From: an uncultured Verrucomicrobiae bacterium
Lineage (GTDB): Bacteria > Verrucomicrobiota > Verrucomicrobiia > Limisphaerales > JAFGQR01
Length of the DNA: 64,000 nt
Assembly: GCA_963788655.1 (NCBI GenBank)
Contig: CAWBHS010000058.1
Coordinates: 1 to 64,000, forward strand
Direction of reading: 5' to 3'
Each line of letters starts with the position of its first letter. The stretch's first letter is position 1. A model generated the notes under the pieces. That model had not been told where the DNA came from. It saw only the letters and a list, made by a program, of their open reading frames with translations, and made no database searches. Shown here piece after piece: positions 1 to 11,188 of the stretch. The position numbers and the translations under genes were made by a program.

Positions 1-1042
1 TCGCCAGGCGCAACTGGCCCGCATGCTGCGCATGGCCTGGGTAGGCACGTTCGTGGTCTGGCTCTTGGCGGTGGTGGTGATGCACTTCTTTCAAGGTTAT
101 TTGATCAATCGCTGGAACCTTTCCAATCCGCTGGCCATCTGGGTGGTGTTGGCCGGTTGGTTGGGCTGTATTTGGACGCCGATATTTTGGGGTGCGATGC
201 AGGGCAAACAGGACTTCCTCTGGATGGGCTGGTCGATGATCTTTAACGGCATCGGGCGCCTGGGTTGCGCGGCTGTTTTTGTGCTCGTCCTCGGCGGCTA
301 CGCCACGGGCATGATGGCCGCGGTGGCCATCGGTTATGGCCTGGCCATTTGTGTGGGCATCTGGGCGACCCGCGACCTGTGGATGGGGCGGGGTGAACCG
401 TTTGCCGTGGGCGCCATCCTCAAACAGATTATTCCGTTGCTGCTGGGTTTTGGTGCCTGCCAATTCTTGTTCACTTCCGATACCATGTTCGTGAAGGCTT
501 GGTTTCCCGGCGACCCGACCGCCTTTTATGTGGCGGCTGGCACGCTCTCGCGCGGAGTGATCTGGCTGGTAATGCCGTTGGTGGCGGTCATGTTTCCCAA
601 GATTGTCCATAGCACGGCGCGCTCGGAAAAAACCGATGTCATGGCCATCACGCTGTTGGGCACGGCGGTGCTGGCAATGGCCGGCGCGGTCGGGTTGTGG
701 GTGGTGGGACCGTTGGTCGTGCGACTGGTTTTTAAACCGTCCTACGTTGAAGTCGCCACCTCCTTGCTCCCCTGGTATGCCGGCGCCATGATCCCATTGT
801 CGCTGGCTAATGTGCTGGTGAACAACCTGCTGGCCCGTTCCCAATTCAAGGTAGTTCCGTGGCTGATCGCCTTGGCGGTGGCCTATCCCGTGGCGCTTAA
901 TTATTTTCATGGCAGCATGATTGCCGTCCTGCAAACGCTGGCGGCATTCTGCACCATTCTGCTGGCGATCAGCGCCTGGTTTACCTGGGGTCAAAAAGGC
1001 CACCTTCCACCGCCGTCCGAATCCCTCGTGCCGGGCGCGTAA
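1..1042 (+). CDS. Polysaccharide export/flippase-like (Wzx/MOP superfamily) membrane protein, 5'-truncated by window
   Basis: About 10 hydrophobic segments; 'SDTMFVK..FYVAAGTLSR..VMFPKIV' resembles the Wzx C-terminal half; frame open to window start. Confidence 0.75.
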   Translation, partial: RQAQLARMLRMAWVGTFVVWLLAVVVMHFFQGYLINRWNLSNPLAIWVVLAGWLGCIWTPIFWGAMQGKQDFLWMGWSMIFNGIGRLGCAAVFVLVLGGYATGMMAAVAIGYGLAICVGIWATRDLWMGRGEPFAVGAILKQIIPLLLGFGACQFLFTSDTMFVKAWFPGDPTAFYVAAGTLSRGVIWLVMPLVAVMFPKIVHSTARSEKTDVMAITLLGTAVLAMAGAVGLWVVGPLVVRLVFKPSYVEVATSLLPWYAGAMIPLSLANVLVNNLLARSQFKVVPWLIALAVAYPVALNYFHGSMIAVLQTLAAFCTILLAISAWFTWGQKGHLPPPSESLVPGA

Positions 1043-1050
1043 TGGAAGAG

Positions 1051-1376
1051 TAACCAGTGATCGGTGATCAGTTATCGGTTATCAGTGATCAGTGGCCAGT
1101 GATCAAAATTCGAAGGAACAAAGGGCAAGGCCGACGAATAGGAAACGGGAATGGTCCGATTGCGGTTAGCGCGATCAATCACGAAGCTGACCACTGATCA
1201 CCGATTACTGATCACCGATTACTGATTACTGATCACCGATTACTGATTACCGATTACTGATTACCGATTACTGATTACCGATTACTATACGATTACCGAT
1301 TACTGATTACTGATTACTGATTACCGATTACTGATTACTGATTACTGATTACCGATTACTGATTACTGACCACTGA
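1051..1376. repeat. Inverted pair of heptamer tandem arrays: (TCAGTGA/TCGGTTA)n at 1051-1103 and (CTGATTA/CCGATTA)n at 1187-1376
   Basis: Directly visible 7-bp periodicity; right array is the reverse complement of the left motif; lies between convergent genes. Confidence 0.9.
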
Positions 1377-2204
1377 TTACCGATCACCCTGCCCCTTCGG
1401 TCCCGGCAGCGGCGGCGGCGCTTTGAGTTTGTGGTAAATCCACGTTTCCAGGGGCGAGAGCGGTCGCAACAGTTTGTAGAACGGCGAATAGATCAGTCGC
1501 AAGCGGATCACCGACAGCAGCATGGTGAGCGAGGTTTTGCCCAGAACGACTTTCGAGCCGATCTTGTCCGTCCATTCGGTGGGCACTTCGAGCACCTTAC
1601 AACCGGCGCGTTTCAGCGCATAGAGCAGGTTAATGTCGAAGGCCATGTCCGCAATCCGCAGCGCCGCGTGGACGCGTTCCACCGCGCGCCGGTGCATGAC
1701 TTTGGCGCCGCATTGGGTATCGCGGATATTCATCCAAAACAGGCCCTGCACGATCAGATGGAACATTCGGCTGGCAAACTGCCGCCGGCCTGTCTGCGAT
1801 TGATGAATGATGGCGCCTGGAATCCAACGGGAACCCACCACACAATCCGCTTCGTCGCAGTGCTGGACCAAGTCATGAAACGCTGCGGGCGGCGTGGCGC
1901 CGTCGGCGTCCACGTAACCGATCAGATCCGCCAGCGGATGGAGCTTCAGCCCTTCGATCAGTGCGCCGCCTTTGCCGATGGGCTGGGGAAATTCGAGAGC
2001 GCTGATGAGGGGATGGTCCTGAATTACTCGCTGCACGACCGACAGGGTGTTGTCCACGCATCCGTTCAGCACCACCACCATTTCGAATTTGCCCGGATAC
2101 TTGGCTTGGAAATACGTGGCATAATCCCGCAACACCGGCTCGATACGATGCTCCTCGTTATAGGCCGGGATCAACAACAACAGGCTGCGGTCTGGCGCTG
2201 ACAC
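1377..2204 (-). CDS. GT2 glycosyltransferase, dolichyl/polyprenyl-phosphate glucosyltransferase-like
   Basis: IPAYNEE, GKGGA, YVDADG (DxD), RDTQCGAK, FDINLL motifs. Confidence 0.9.
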   Translation of the reverse strand: MSAPDRSLLLLIPAYNEEHRIEPVLRDYATYFQAKYPGKFEMVVVLNGCVDNTLSVVQRVIQDHPLISALEFPQPIGKGGALIEGLKLHPLADLIGYVDADGATPPAAFHDLVQHCDEADCVVGSRWIPGAIIHQSQTGRRQFASRMFHLIVQGLFWMNIRDTQCGAKVMHRRAVERVHAALRIADMAFDINLLYALKRAGCKVLEVPTEWTDKIGSKVVLGKTSLTMLLSVIRLRLIYSPFYKLLRPLSPLETWIYHKLKAPPPLPGPKGQGDR

Positions 2205-2357
2205 GCCCTTCGTTTATCAAAGCTATCGCAAAATGCAAAGGAAGTCTGGTCGCGGCGCTGCAATTCCCATTATGAAACCGATTGGAACGCCGGGTGAGGA
2301 CACCCGGCCTACAAGAAGGCGATCAGCCTGAAATCGTGGCGGCTCGATTCGCCTTCG

Positions 2358-5300
2358 ATGGAATTCGTCGCCCACATTATAATTGCCTGCTTGGCTATTT
2401 CGTTCCTCAATTCCCTCATGAAGTCGCTTTTGACCAGCACGCAGTCTTCGCGGTTCGCCCATGCCCGCGAATTCCACCGGTTGCCGCGAATCCGGACCAC
2501 CGACATCACCAGGTTCGTACCCATCGTTCTGATCGCTTGGTTGGTGACGTTTGGTCTGGTTCCGCTCAAGGCCCAAACTCCTGCCGAGAGTGCGAGCCAA
2601 ACCTCCCCGCAACCGCAGCACGTGGATCAGGCGACGGACGTGGTGCGCCAATGGCAAGCGAATCAGCATCTTTATGTCAAAGGCGACCTGGGCGTTAGCG
2701 CGGCTAAATTGGCGGCGCTCGAACAATGGCTGGACCAAAACGCCACCAACTGGGTGGTTGTTCTCGTTGAGTCCGCTCAAGGCGAACGTTACACGGACGC
2801 CAATGGACGGAGTTTCTCCGGCATGAACGCGGTCGAAAACGCTCTTGGCAAAGGCCTCCCGAACCAGACCGCGTTTGGCCAATGGACCGACCCGCGCACC
2901 GGCGAACGCGACGGGGCGTTCTTCGTGCTCTTCCTTAAGGAACGCAAATTTTCCTACTACGGTTCCGACGCTCAGGATCGTCACGGGTTGGGCGAGGACC
3001 GCTGGGTGGGCCGTCTGGATCGACCGGCCATTGCGGCGATGCGCAGCGGTGGCCGCATTGTGGATGCGGTCAAGGACACGATCACCAACATCGACCGCCA
3101 GCTTACCCAACAAATTGCGACGGAAAAACGGCGCCGTGAACAACAAGCGGCGGCGGCTCAGGCCGCCAAACAACGCGCGCTAGAAAACGCCAAAGCCAGT
3201 CTGCTGAGCGGCACCGCTGCCGTGGACCTGTTGGACCAAAAGCTTGCCGACTTGCTGAAACAACATCCCGATCTGTCCGGAGAAATTGCCCGGCCGGATG
3301 TCCCGCAGATGCGTGCGGACCTCTCGTCGGCTCAGGCAGCCCTGGAAAGCAATAATCCCACCGCGGCCAGTTCCCTGGCGAACCAAGTCAAACAACATGC
3401 CATGGCCGCGGTAAACGCCATTGCCAGTTACTTGAGCGCGGAACCGGAATTGAAAGATGTCAGCCAGTCCGTCGAACAAACAGCAGCGCAACCGTATCAT
3501 CAGGCAGCCCAAGCCGCTCTGGCCTCAGCTCGCGCAGAATTGACTCAAGCTCAGCAGGCTTATGAGCGCGGCGAGGCTGCTTACGCGGAACATCTATTGG
3601 CGGCCCGCCAACAGATACAGAGGAGTCAGGCGCAAATTCAAGCAACCGCTCGCGCCGCCGCTCAGCAAAGCGCGCTACTGGCGGCTGGATCGATTGCCGG
3701 TCTGATCTGCTTGGGTTTGGTGGGGATCTTCTTGAATCGTCGTCGCCGGGGCAACAAGCAAGAGGCGTTGGCCCTGCTGGAGGCCTGGTCGAAGGCGCTC
3801 AGCGAAAAATCGCTTGCGCTGGTTGATCTGCTCGAACGCACCCAAACACTGCTGGGCACTTCCAGCCAGGAAGTCACCCAGCGGTTCGCCGGGCAGACGC
3901 TCGAACTGGGACAGCAAGTGGTGCGCGACGTGGACGAATTATTCATTATGTCCGCCTGCGCCGGCCGCGTCCATCGCGACGCCCAGGCCAAAGCGGCACC
4001 AGCCAGTATGACAACGCGCGCTTACAACTTTTTCGCGGCCGGCAATTACCGGGCGGCCATCCGCAAGTTGCGCGACGAACCCATCGTCTTTCACCCTGAA
4101 GAAGGATTGGAACTGGCGTTGCGCGGTCCCAAATCGTCACGCGACACCTTGCTGGGCCCGTTGGAATCCTATCAGCCGTTCACCCGCTCGTTTGCGGAAT
4201 TGATCACCGCGTTCAACCAGCGCGCCGAACGCGGCTTGGCTGGTCTGGATCGGATCGATTCCAGTCTGAAGACCGTGGGCACCATCCTGGAAACCATCCA
4301 ACAGACCGTGCAATCGACTCGCGCTTTCGAGACCAGTCTCCAATCGGCTGGGGATGCGGACCAACTGTTCCTGGTCGGTCCCGTGTTTACCGAATTGCTG
4401 CCGGCGGCCCAGCAGGATTTGTCGGCCGCCCAGGTCACTGCCGTTCGCGATCCCGTGGGGGCGTTGGAGGTCCAAGCGGCTTCGGCGCGGCAGAGAAGTG
4501 ATGACGCTCAGACGCTGGCGCAACTGGCGCGGAAGTTTCAAGCGGAACTGCGTCCTCAACTCCGCGAAGCGGCTCAGCAACTGGCGGCTGTCCCGTTGCA
4601 TACCGGTTGGATTGATGTCGCCGTAGCCGATATGTCCATGCGCGCCGACCAGTTGGCGATAAAGGCGTTGCAAGACTCGATTGCCGAGCCGGCGGCGAAG
4701 TTGGCGGAGGACTTGAACCAAATGATGGTGCGCACCACTCGGATTGTGGCGCTGGACCAGGCTCGCCGCGAAGTGGCGCAACTATCCGTCACGGAAACCG
4801 AAGCCACCATCCTCGCGACCCGAAAGGAATTGGCCGTACCTCTCGGCAAGAAGCCCGAAGCCATTCTTCGTGAACCAGACCGCGATCCGTCGGACCGCCT
4901 GGCGCTTGCGCGGGAACAACTCACCGCCACCAAAGCCGCCCTGGAACGGGGTGACGTGGCAAGCGCTCAGGAAGGCTTGGACGCCGTGGCGCGACTGGTT
5001 GCCGAAGCCACTTCCCTGGTCGAGGCCACGCGCACCGCTTTCAACGAACATAAGAAGACGCTGGCCGATCGCGTGCAGGAAACCGCGCGTCTGGAAAAGG
5101 AAATTCCCGCCCACGAACAAATCCTGCTCGACATCCGGACGCGCTATGTGCCTTCGGTATTGCAGTTGGGCCAAGGTGATCCCGCGCATCCGGACGCCAA
5201 TGGAACGATCCAGGATAATTTGGACGAGGTGCGTCAGCATCTGGCCGCGGCGCGGGAATTGTCCGAACGGGCGGCGCAACTCTTCCGCGACGCGCAACTT

Positions 5301-6363
5301 CTTCAAGCGGCCGAATGCTGGCGCCTGACGGCGGCGCGTCAGGACCAAACCAAATTCCGTTTGGAGGAGATCGTTGATAAGCAGCAGCGCATCCGCGATA
5401 CCGAGGCGGCCAACGACCAACTCCAGTCCAATCTTGGCAAGCGCTTCCAGGAATTGGCGCCGACCATCAGTGATGTCCGGACCATGCTGCCAACGCAACA
5501 AGCCTTCGCCGCCGCCCGCGAACAACTCGACGAGGTGGACCCGTTGCGCAAGGCTACGCCGCGCGATCCGTTTGAGGTTGCGAGCCGGTTGGACGCAGTT
5601 CAGGAGGCATTGGATCACGTTGTGGATCAAGCGCGCTGCGATTGGGACGTTTACGCCGAGGCGGATCGCAGTCTCCAGGCTGCCGCGGCGCAACTGGAAA
5701 TTGCTCGCCGCTTGGATCGCGAGGCGGCCACGGACAATGTACAGGACAGCGCAGCCATTCAGCAGGCCAGTGGCGAGCTGACCGCGTTGGCTGGCGAATT
5801 GGACCAGGCCCAAAACGCGTTTGCTCGGCCGCATGAGGATTGGTCCCGGTTGGACGCCGAAGCGGATCGCATCACCAGCGAAGCCGGTCGCATTGCGGCG
5901 GTCTTGCGCGGGGAACTGCAAGCCGCCCAAAACGCCCTGGCCGCGTTGTCCGCGGCGGCAACGCATGTCCGTTCCGCCGGTGCTTGGACCGGCGCCTTTG
6001 GCGTGGCCATCCTGGGATCGCCGGGTTCGGATTGGCTGGGTCAGGCCAGGTCGCTGTTGGGTCAGGGCGATTACGCGCAGGCGCTGCTCGCCGCGCAATC
6101 CGCTCGCCGGGCCGCCGAGGCCGCAATCATCCAAGCTCAAGCCGAGGTTCAACGTCGCCGTCGGGCCGAAGAGGAGCGTCGGGAACGCGAGCGTCGCCAG
6201 CGCCAGGCTGAAGAACGCCGTCGCCGCAACTCCTTGAGCCATTCCTGGCTCGAGCTTTGGCAGTTCCGGTTCCGGTTTCAGCACTTCGGGTTTTTCATCC
6301 CATTCCGGTGTCAGCCATTCCTCTTTCTCCAGCGGCTCGGGGGTCAGCCGGTCCGGGTGGTGA
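2358..6363 (+). CDS. Large membrane-anchored coiled-coil protein with N-terminal TPM-like domain and Ser/Gly-rich tail (frameshift near 6245)
   Basis: Signal-like N-terminus, TM segment followed by RRRR, long Ala/Gln/Glu helical region; alternative frame reads SSFGSSGSGFSTSGFSSHSGVSHSSFSSGSGVSRSGW* ending 6363. Confidence 0.6.
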
Positions 6364-6497
6364 GAATGGAATGACCAACCGCCAATGACCAAGGTCCAAA
6401 GAATGTTCAAATCCCAAGTGTCCAACCAAACCTCGAGGAGCCTGCTCCGGTCATTGACCTTTGTTCATTGATCAATCTTCGCAGCGGCCGTTCCAAA

Positions 6498-6990
6498 CTG
6501 CCGGCAGGATGCCGGCAGCACATTGGGCAGCGTGCTGTCGGCGTCTCGCCGGCAGAACGGACGCGCCGGCACTGCTCAATCTATCGCCACCGTCCGATGG
6601 GGGAGTTCTGCGCGCGACGCTTCTTGCCAATTCGAAATGCCTTTCTCCGTTCCCTGCCGGCAGGATGCCGGCAGCACATTGGACAGCGTGCTGTCGGCGT
6701 CTCGCCGGCAGACCGAACGCGCCGGCACTGCTCAATCTATCGCCACCGTCCGATGGGGGAGTTCTGCGCGCGACGCTTCTTGCCAATTCGAAATGCCTTT
6801 CTCCGTTCCCTGCCGGCAGGATGCCGGCAGCACATTGGGCAGCGTGCTGCCGGCGTCTCGCCGGCAGAACGAACGCGCCGGCACTGCTCAATCTATCGCC
6901 ACCGTCCGATGGGGGAGTTCTGCGCGCGACGCTTCTTGCCATTCGAAATGCCTTTCTCCGTTCCCTGCCGGCAGGATGCCGGCAGCACAT
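6498..6990. repeat. Tandem array of about 156-bp units (3 plus partial) built on REP-like palindrome CTGCCGGCAGGATGCCGGCAGCAC
   Basis: Unit starts at 6498, 6654, 6810, 6965; near-identical units. Confidence 0.95.
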
Positions 6991-6996
6991 TGGTCG

Positions 6997-7147
6997 TCGC
7001 GCCAGCGTTTGGAGTGCGTCCAGCTTGCCGGCGCTTTCGAGAAAAACGCAACGGTCCAACGCTTGCGGGCGCTGTTTGCTTGATTGGAGGCGTGCCACAT
7101 TCACCGAAAGCGGGAGCAAGCTCCGCGCACTCCAAACGCTGGCGCGA
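6997..7147. repeat. REP doublet (GGAGTGCG family) forming a long inverted repeat
   Basis: TCGCGCCAGCGTTTGGAGTGCG ... CGCACTCCAAACGCTGGCGCGA arms. Confidence 0.85.
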
Positions 7148-7227
7148 GGTTTGGACGGCCACCGGAAGTCGCATCAGGCGCAGCGCAACGTTGACACCCT
7201 TCGGCCTCGAACCATAACTTTTCCGTC

Positions 7228-7836
7228 ATGCAACAACCGCCGGACCCATTCTTTAACGCGGAGCAATTCGTGCCCAGCCTGCAAGCAGCCGTAAATGCGA
7301 ATCCGCTCGATCTCAGTAAAATGATTCGCGTCGCGGTTCAGGTAAAGGACCCCAATGCTCAACCATTGGTTCCGAAGGGAGGCGAGCGCACGTGGATACC
7401 GCTCTGCGACGGGAAAAATGTTGCCACTTGGGAAGTCGATTCCTTGCGGTCACTGTTCCGGGGCGACCAACAACCGCCGGTCCTGGGCGACTATCCCGAA
7501 GCGTACAACGAGTCGTTTCTGCTTTTGGATATACATACGTTGGAAATCAGCCGTTTTTTTGGTGACCGGCGTGATGCGGAAATGCTGGAGATTTACTCAG
7601 CCCTGCGTCGGCGCCCGGACGGCCGCAGCCTGGGGTTCGTTCACGATTATTTATGGCAAGCGGCGGCATGGATGCTGGGCGCGCGGCCGTTGAGCCAGGC
7701 AGAATTCGAGGCCATCATGGCGCGCTTGGAGCGTTCGTGCCGAACCTTTCAAATCGGCGCCACTTCCCGGAACTACGTGACATCGCTGCGCAGCACGCTG
7801 GGCCAAGAAGGCGCCTCGGCCTGGATGGATGAGTGA
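7228..7836 (+). CDS. Hypothetical protein
   Basis: 202-aa ORF with normal composition; no recognised motif. Confidence 0.7.
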   Translation: MQQPPDPFFNAEQFVPSLQAAVNANPLDLSKMIRVAVQVKDPNAQPLVPKGGERTWIPLCDGKNVATWEVDSLRSLFRGDQQPPVLGDYPEAYNESFLLLDIHTLEISRFFGDRRDAEMLEIYSALRRRPDGRSLGFVHDYLWQAAAWMLGARPLSQAEFEAIMARLERSCRTFQIGATSRNYVTSLRSTLGQEGASAWMDE

Positions 7837-8225
7837 TGCAAGAATGAGCATTCGCCCCAATTGACGCACCTGGCCCGACCGCCTAATCTCCGCGTCGTGA
7901 ACGTTGATTTTGTTACCGCTTGGTGCGGCACACTCCGGAACCGGAGCGGGCAGTGGCACCGACGGCGGAAGCCAGTCTGGCTACCTGATCTTCGTAGCAG
8001 CCGACGTGAGGAGGCTCACTGTATCGCTGGAAATCAGAGGCTCCCACTTCAAAGCATCCCCCTCACCCCATTCCTCGGCCGCAATGGAGGAGAGGGTGCC
8101 CGAAGGGCGGGCCAGAGGAAACGCCACAACACTTTCGTCCTGCGCAGAGAACAACGTTCACGGGGACCAACGTCAACACTGGTGGGGCAAGCGTTCATTG
8201 CCCAGGGCGGAAGGCAAGCGGGACT

Positions 8226-9647
8226 ATGAGACAACCTCTCCTGGCAGTTTTGCCGATTCTAGCGCTGGGAGTCGCGGGGTGTTCTGTGGGGCCAAACTAC
8301 CATCCGCCTTCCCCGGCCATGCCCGGCCAATGGAGCGGAACTGGAACCGAAGGCACCACCAACGCCCCGGCCCAACTCGCGGCGTGGTGGAAGAATTTCG
8401 GGGATCCGGAACTGGATTCGCTCATCCGGCGCGCGGTCACGACAAATTACACGTTGCAAGCCGCCGTAGCGCGGGTGCGGGCGGCTCGGGCGTTACGCGG
8501 CGCGGCGCTGGCCGATTTTCTGCCGACGGTGGATTTCCAGGCTTCGTACACGACCGCTCGCCGCAGTGCCAATGCGCTGGCGTTTCCGGTGCGGCTGTTG
8601 GATACGGACACGTATCAGGCGGACTTCGACGCCAGTTGGGAAATTGACGTCTTCGGTGGTCAACGCAGATCATTGGAAGCCGCCAACGCCGCCCTGGCTG
8701 TAACCGTCGAAGATCTGCGCAGCGTGCAGGTGTCGCTGCTGGCCGAGGTGGCGAACAACTACATTCAAGCGCGCGGTTTTCAGCGGCGGATTGAAATCGC
8801 CCGGCAAAACCTCCAGGCGCAGCAGGAAACCGTCGAGATCACTCAACTCCGTCTCAAAACGGGCCTCGCGAGCGAACTGGACGTTGCGCAAGCGAAGACC
8901 GTGCTGGCCAACACCCAGGCGCAGGTGCCGCCCCTGGAGACTTCGCTCAAGCAGGCCATTTTTAGTCTCAGCGTTCTGCTGGGACAACCACCCGGCGCCT
9001 TGCTGGCGGAGCTTTCCCAAACGAAGCGCATCCCGCCCACGCCGCCATCGGTGCCGGTTGGCTTGCCTTCCGACTTGCTGCTTCGGCGACCCGACGTACG
9101 CAGTAGCGAACGTCAATTGGCTACGGCGACGGCCCAGATCGGTGTGGCCACGGCGGAGTTGTTCCCCAAGTTTTCCCTAACCGGCCTGGCGGGTTACCAG
9201 AGCTTGAACGCACAGAATCTCATCAGCCCCGGCAGCGAGTTCTGGTCGGCCGGACCGGTGGTGCGGTGGCGGTTGCTCGAGTATCCGCGTTTGCGCGCGG
9301 CCATTCGCTCGCAATCCGCGTTGGCCGACCAGGCGCTGGCCCAGTATCACCAAACGGTGTTGACCGCGCTCCAGGACGTTGAGAACGCGTTGGTGGCTTA
9401 CGACCGGGAACAGGAACGGCAACGCGCGCTGAGCGAAGCGGCCCATAACAGCCGTCGCTCACTGGACTTGTCCAACGAACTTTACACGAAAGGCGTGGGT
9501 GATTTTATCAATGTGCTGCTGGCCCAACGCGCGCTCTACCAGGCGGAGGATCAACTGGTGCTGAGCCAGCAGACCATTTCGACGGATTTGGTTTCCCTTT
9601 ACAAAGCGCTGGGCGGCGGCTGGGAAAGTGAGCCGCCCAAGCAGTGA
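8226..9647 (+). CDS. Efflux outer membrane lipoprotein, NodT/OprM family
   Basis: Lipobox VAGC-SVGPNY, WWxxFxDPEL, SWEIDVFG, PSDLLLRRPDV, LYKALGGGW. Confidence 0.95.
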   Translation: MRQPLLAVLPILALGVAGCSVGPNYHPPSPAMPGQWSGTGTEGTTNAPAQLAAWWKNFGDPELDSLIRRAVTTNYTLQAAVARVRAARALRGAALADFLPTVDFQASYTTARRSANALAFPVRLLDTDTYQADFDASWEIDVFGGQRRSLEAANAALAVTVEDLRSVQVSLLAEVANNYIQARGFQRRIEIARQNLQAQQETVEITQLRLKTGLASELDVAQAKTVLANTQAQVPPLETSLKQAIFSLSVLLGQPPGALLAELSQTKRIPPTPPSVPVGLPSDLLLRRPDVRSSERQLATATAQIGVATAELFPKFSLTGLAGYQSLNAQNLISPGSEFWSAGPVVRWRLLEYPRLRAAIRSQSALADQALAQYHQTVLTALQDVENALVAYDREQERQRALSEAAHNSRRSLDLSNELYTKGVGDFINVLLAQRALYQAEDQLVLSQQTISTDLVSLYKALGGGWESEPPKQ

Positions 9648-9654
9648 AAATCCT

Positions 9655-11001
9655 ATGACTTGGCAACGCGATTCATTACGCAAGGAACCCCGGAAGACGC
9701 CCGGTAGGGAACGGCAGGGGCAATGGCAAATGGCAAACGGCAAATGGCAAAATGGCCGATCGCGGCGACGAATTACGGCTCACACACTTGGCGTAGCGGC
9801 GTCTCGGCAGAGCGCCGTAGTCTGTCTTTGTCGAAGTTGGCGGCACTCTCCGGCGACACCGCTCCTCCTCATGATCATCACCCGAGGCATTTCCCTGGTA
9901 TTGCTGGCGTTGCTCCCCGCGTGTTCCCGCCCGACGCAACCGGCGGGTCTGACCGCGCAGCCGGCCGCCGCCGTGCCCGTGACCGTGGCGACGGCGTGGC
10001 AAACAAATGTGCCGATTCAGCTTCATGCCATCGGCACCGTCGAGCCCAACGCCACGGTCTCGATCAAATCGCGCGTGGAGGGCGAGATCGCGAAGGCCAG
10101 TTTCAAGGAAGGCGATGAAGTGCCGCAAGGCCAGGTCATCTTCACGATTGATCCCAGTCCCTTCAAAGTCGCGTTGCAGCAGGCGGAAGCGGTTTTGGCC
10201 CGGGACTCTGCCTCGCTGCAAAACGCCGAATTGAACATGCGTCGCACCGATGAACTGGCGAACACCAAGGCCGTTTCGGCCACCACGGTGGACCAGAACC
10301 GAGCCGCCGTCGCCACCTTGAAAGGCACCGTGGCGGCGGACCAAGCCGCCATCGAAGCCGCGAAGCTCCAGCTCAGCTACTGCACGATCCAGGCCCCGAT
10401 CGCGGGTCGGATTGGCCTGCGATTGGTCGATGTCGGCAACGTGATCAAGAACAACGACACCGTGTTGGCGACCATCAACCAACTCAAACCGATCAACGTC
10501 AATTTGTCGATGCCGGAACAGCATCTGCCCACCATTCGCGATCGCATGGCGGAAGGGGCGTTGCCCGTAACCGCAACCGTTCCCCGCCAGGAAAACCGGC
10601 CAGCCCAGGGACAACTGAAATTGATCAACAACCAAGTGGATGTCGCCACCGGCACCATCCTGCTGCAGGCCGTGTTTCCGAATGCGGATGAATTGCTTTG
10701 GCCCGGTCAGTTCGTGGACGTGACGCTTACCTTGCGAGTCGAAACCAATGCGGTGGTCGTGCCCACCGAAGCGGTTCAACTCGGCCAGCAAGGCCGTTAC
10801 GTGATCCTGGTCCAACCGGATCAGACCGTCGAATTCCGCCCCGTGGAAGTCGGCGAAACCGTGCCGCCGATCGTGGTGGTGAAAAAGGGACTGCAAGCCG
10901 GCGAACCAGTGGTGACCAGCGGCCAAATTCGGCTGATTCCCGGAAGCAAAGTTGAAATCAAGAATGCGGCCGCTTCAGACAATAACAATCCTTCGCCGTA
11001 A
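9655..11001 (+). CDS. RND efflux periplasmic adaptor (MdtA-like); start uncertain (9655 or 9871)
   Basis: LLPAC lipobox, IKSRVEGEI, TIQAPIAGRIG, LWPGQFV; lies between NodT and AcrB-family genes. Confidence 0.9.
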   Translation: MTWQRDSLRKEPRKTPGRERQGQWQMANGKWQNGRSRRRITAHTLGVAASRQSAVVCLCRSWRHSPATPLLLMIITRGISLVLLALLPACSRPTQPAGLTAQPAAAVPVTVATAWQTNVPIQLHAIGTVEPNATVSIKSRVEGEIAKASFKEGDEVPQGQVIFTIDPSPFKVALQQAEAVLARDSASLQNAELNMRRTDELANTKAVSATTVDQNRAAVATLKGTVAADQAAIEAAKLQLSYCTIQAPIAGRIGLRLVDVGNVIKNNDTVLATINQLKPINVNLSMPEQHLPTIRDRMAEGALPVTATVPRQENRPAQGQLKLINNQVDVATGTILLQAVFPNADELLWPGQFVDVTLTLRVETNAVVVPTEAVQLGQQGRYVILVQPDQTVEFRPVEVGETVPPIVVVKKGLQAGEPVVTSGQIRLIPGSKVEIKNAAASDNNNPSP

Positions 11002-11066
11002 CTCTGCAATGGGAGCGCACCCTTTGGCTCGGGTATTTCACACCTCGCTTAAGCCACCGACAGGCT

Positions 11067-11136
11067 GTAGCCGCCGACGTGAGGAGGCGGAACACGATCA
11101 GCTACGTCGAGTCCGCCTGCTTACGTCGTCGGCTAC
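11067..11136. repeat. REP doublet (GTAGCCGCCGACGTGAGGAGGCGG family)
   Basis: GTAGCCGCCGACGT...ACGTCGTCGGCTAC inverted arms. Confidence 0.8.
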
Positions 11137-11188
11137 GGTGAGGGCAATAGCCCCGCCAAGGCCGGCACTCCGCACCTCCGGTTAGGTC

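Noticed and set aside
6498..6990. CRISPR array (also considered for 23133-23598)
   Set aside because: Intervening sequences are identical between units, the period is 156-158 bp, and no cas genes are present
6461..7294. Overlapping repetitive ORFs (also 23045-23747)
   Set aside because: Products of stop-poor GC-rich palindromic repeats
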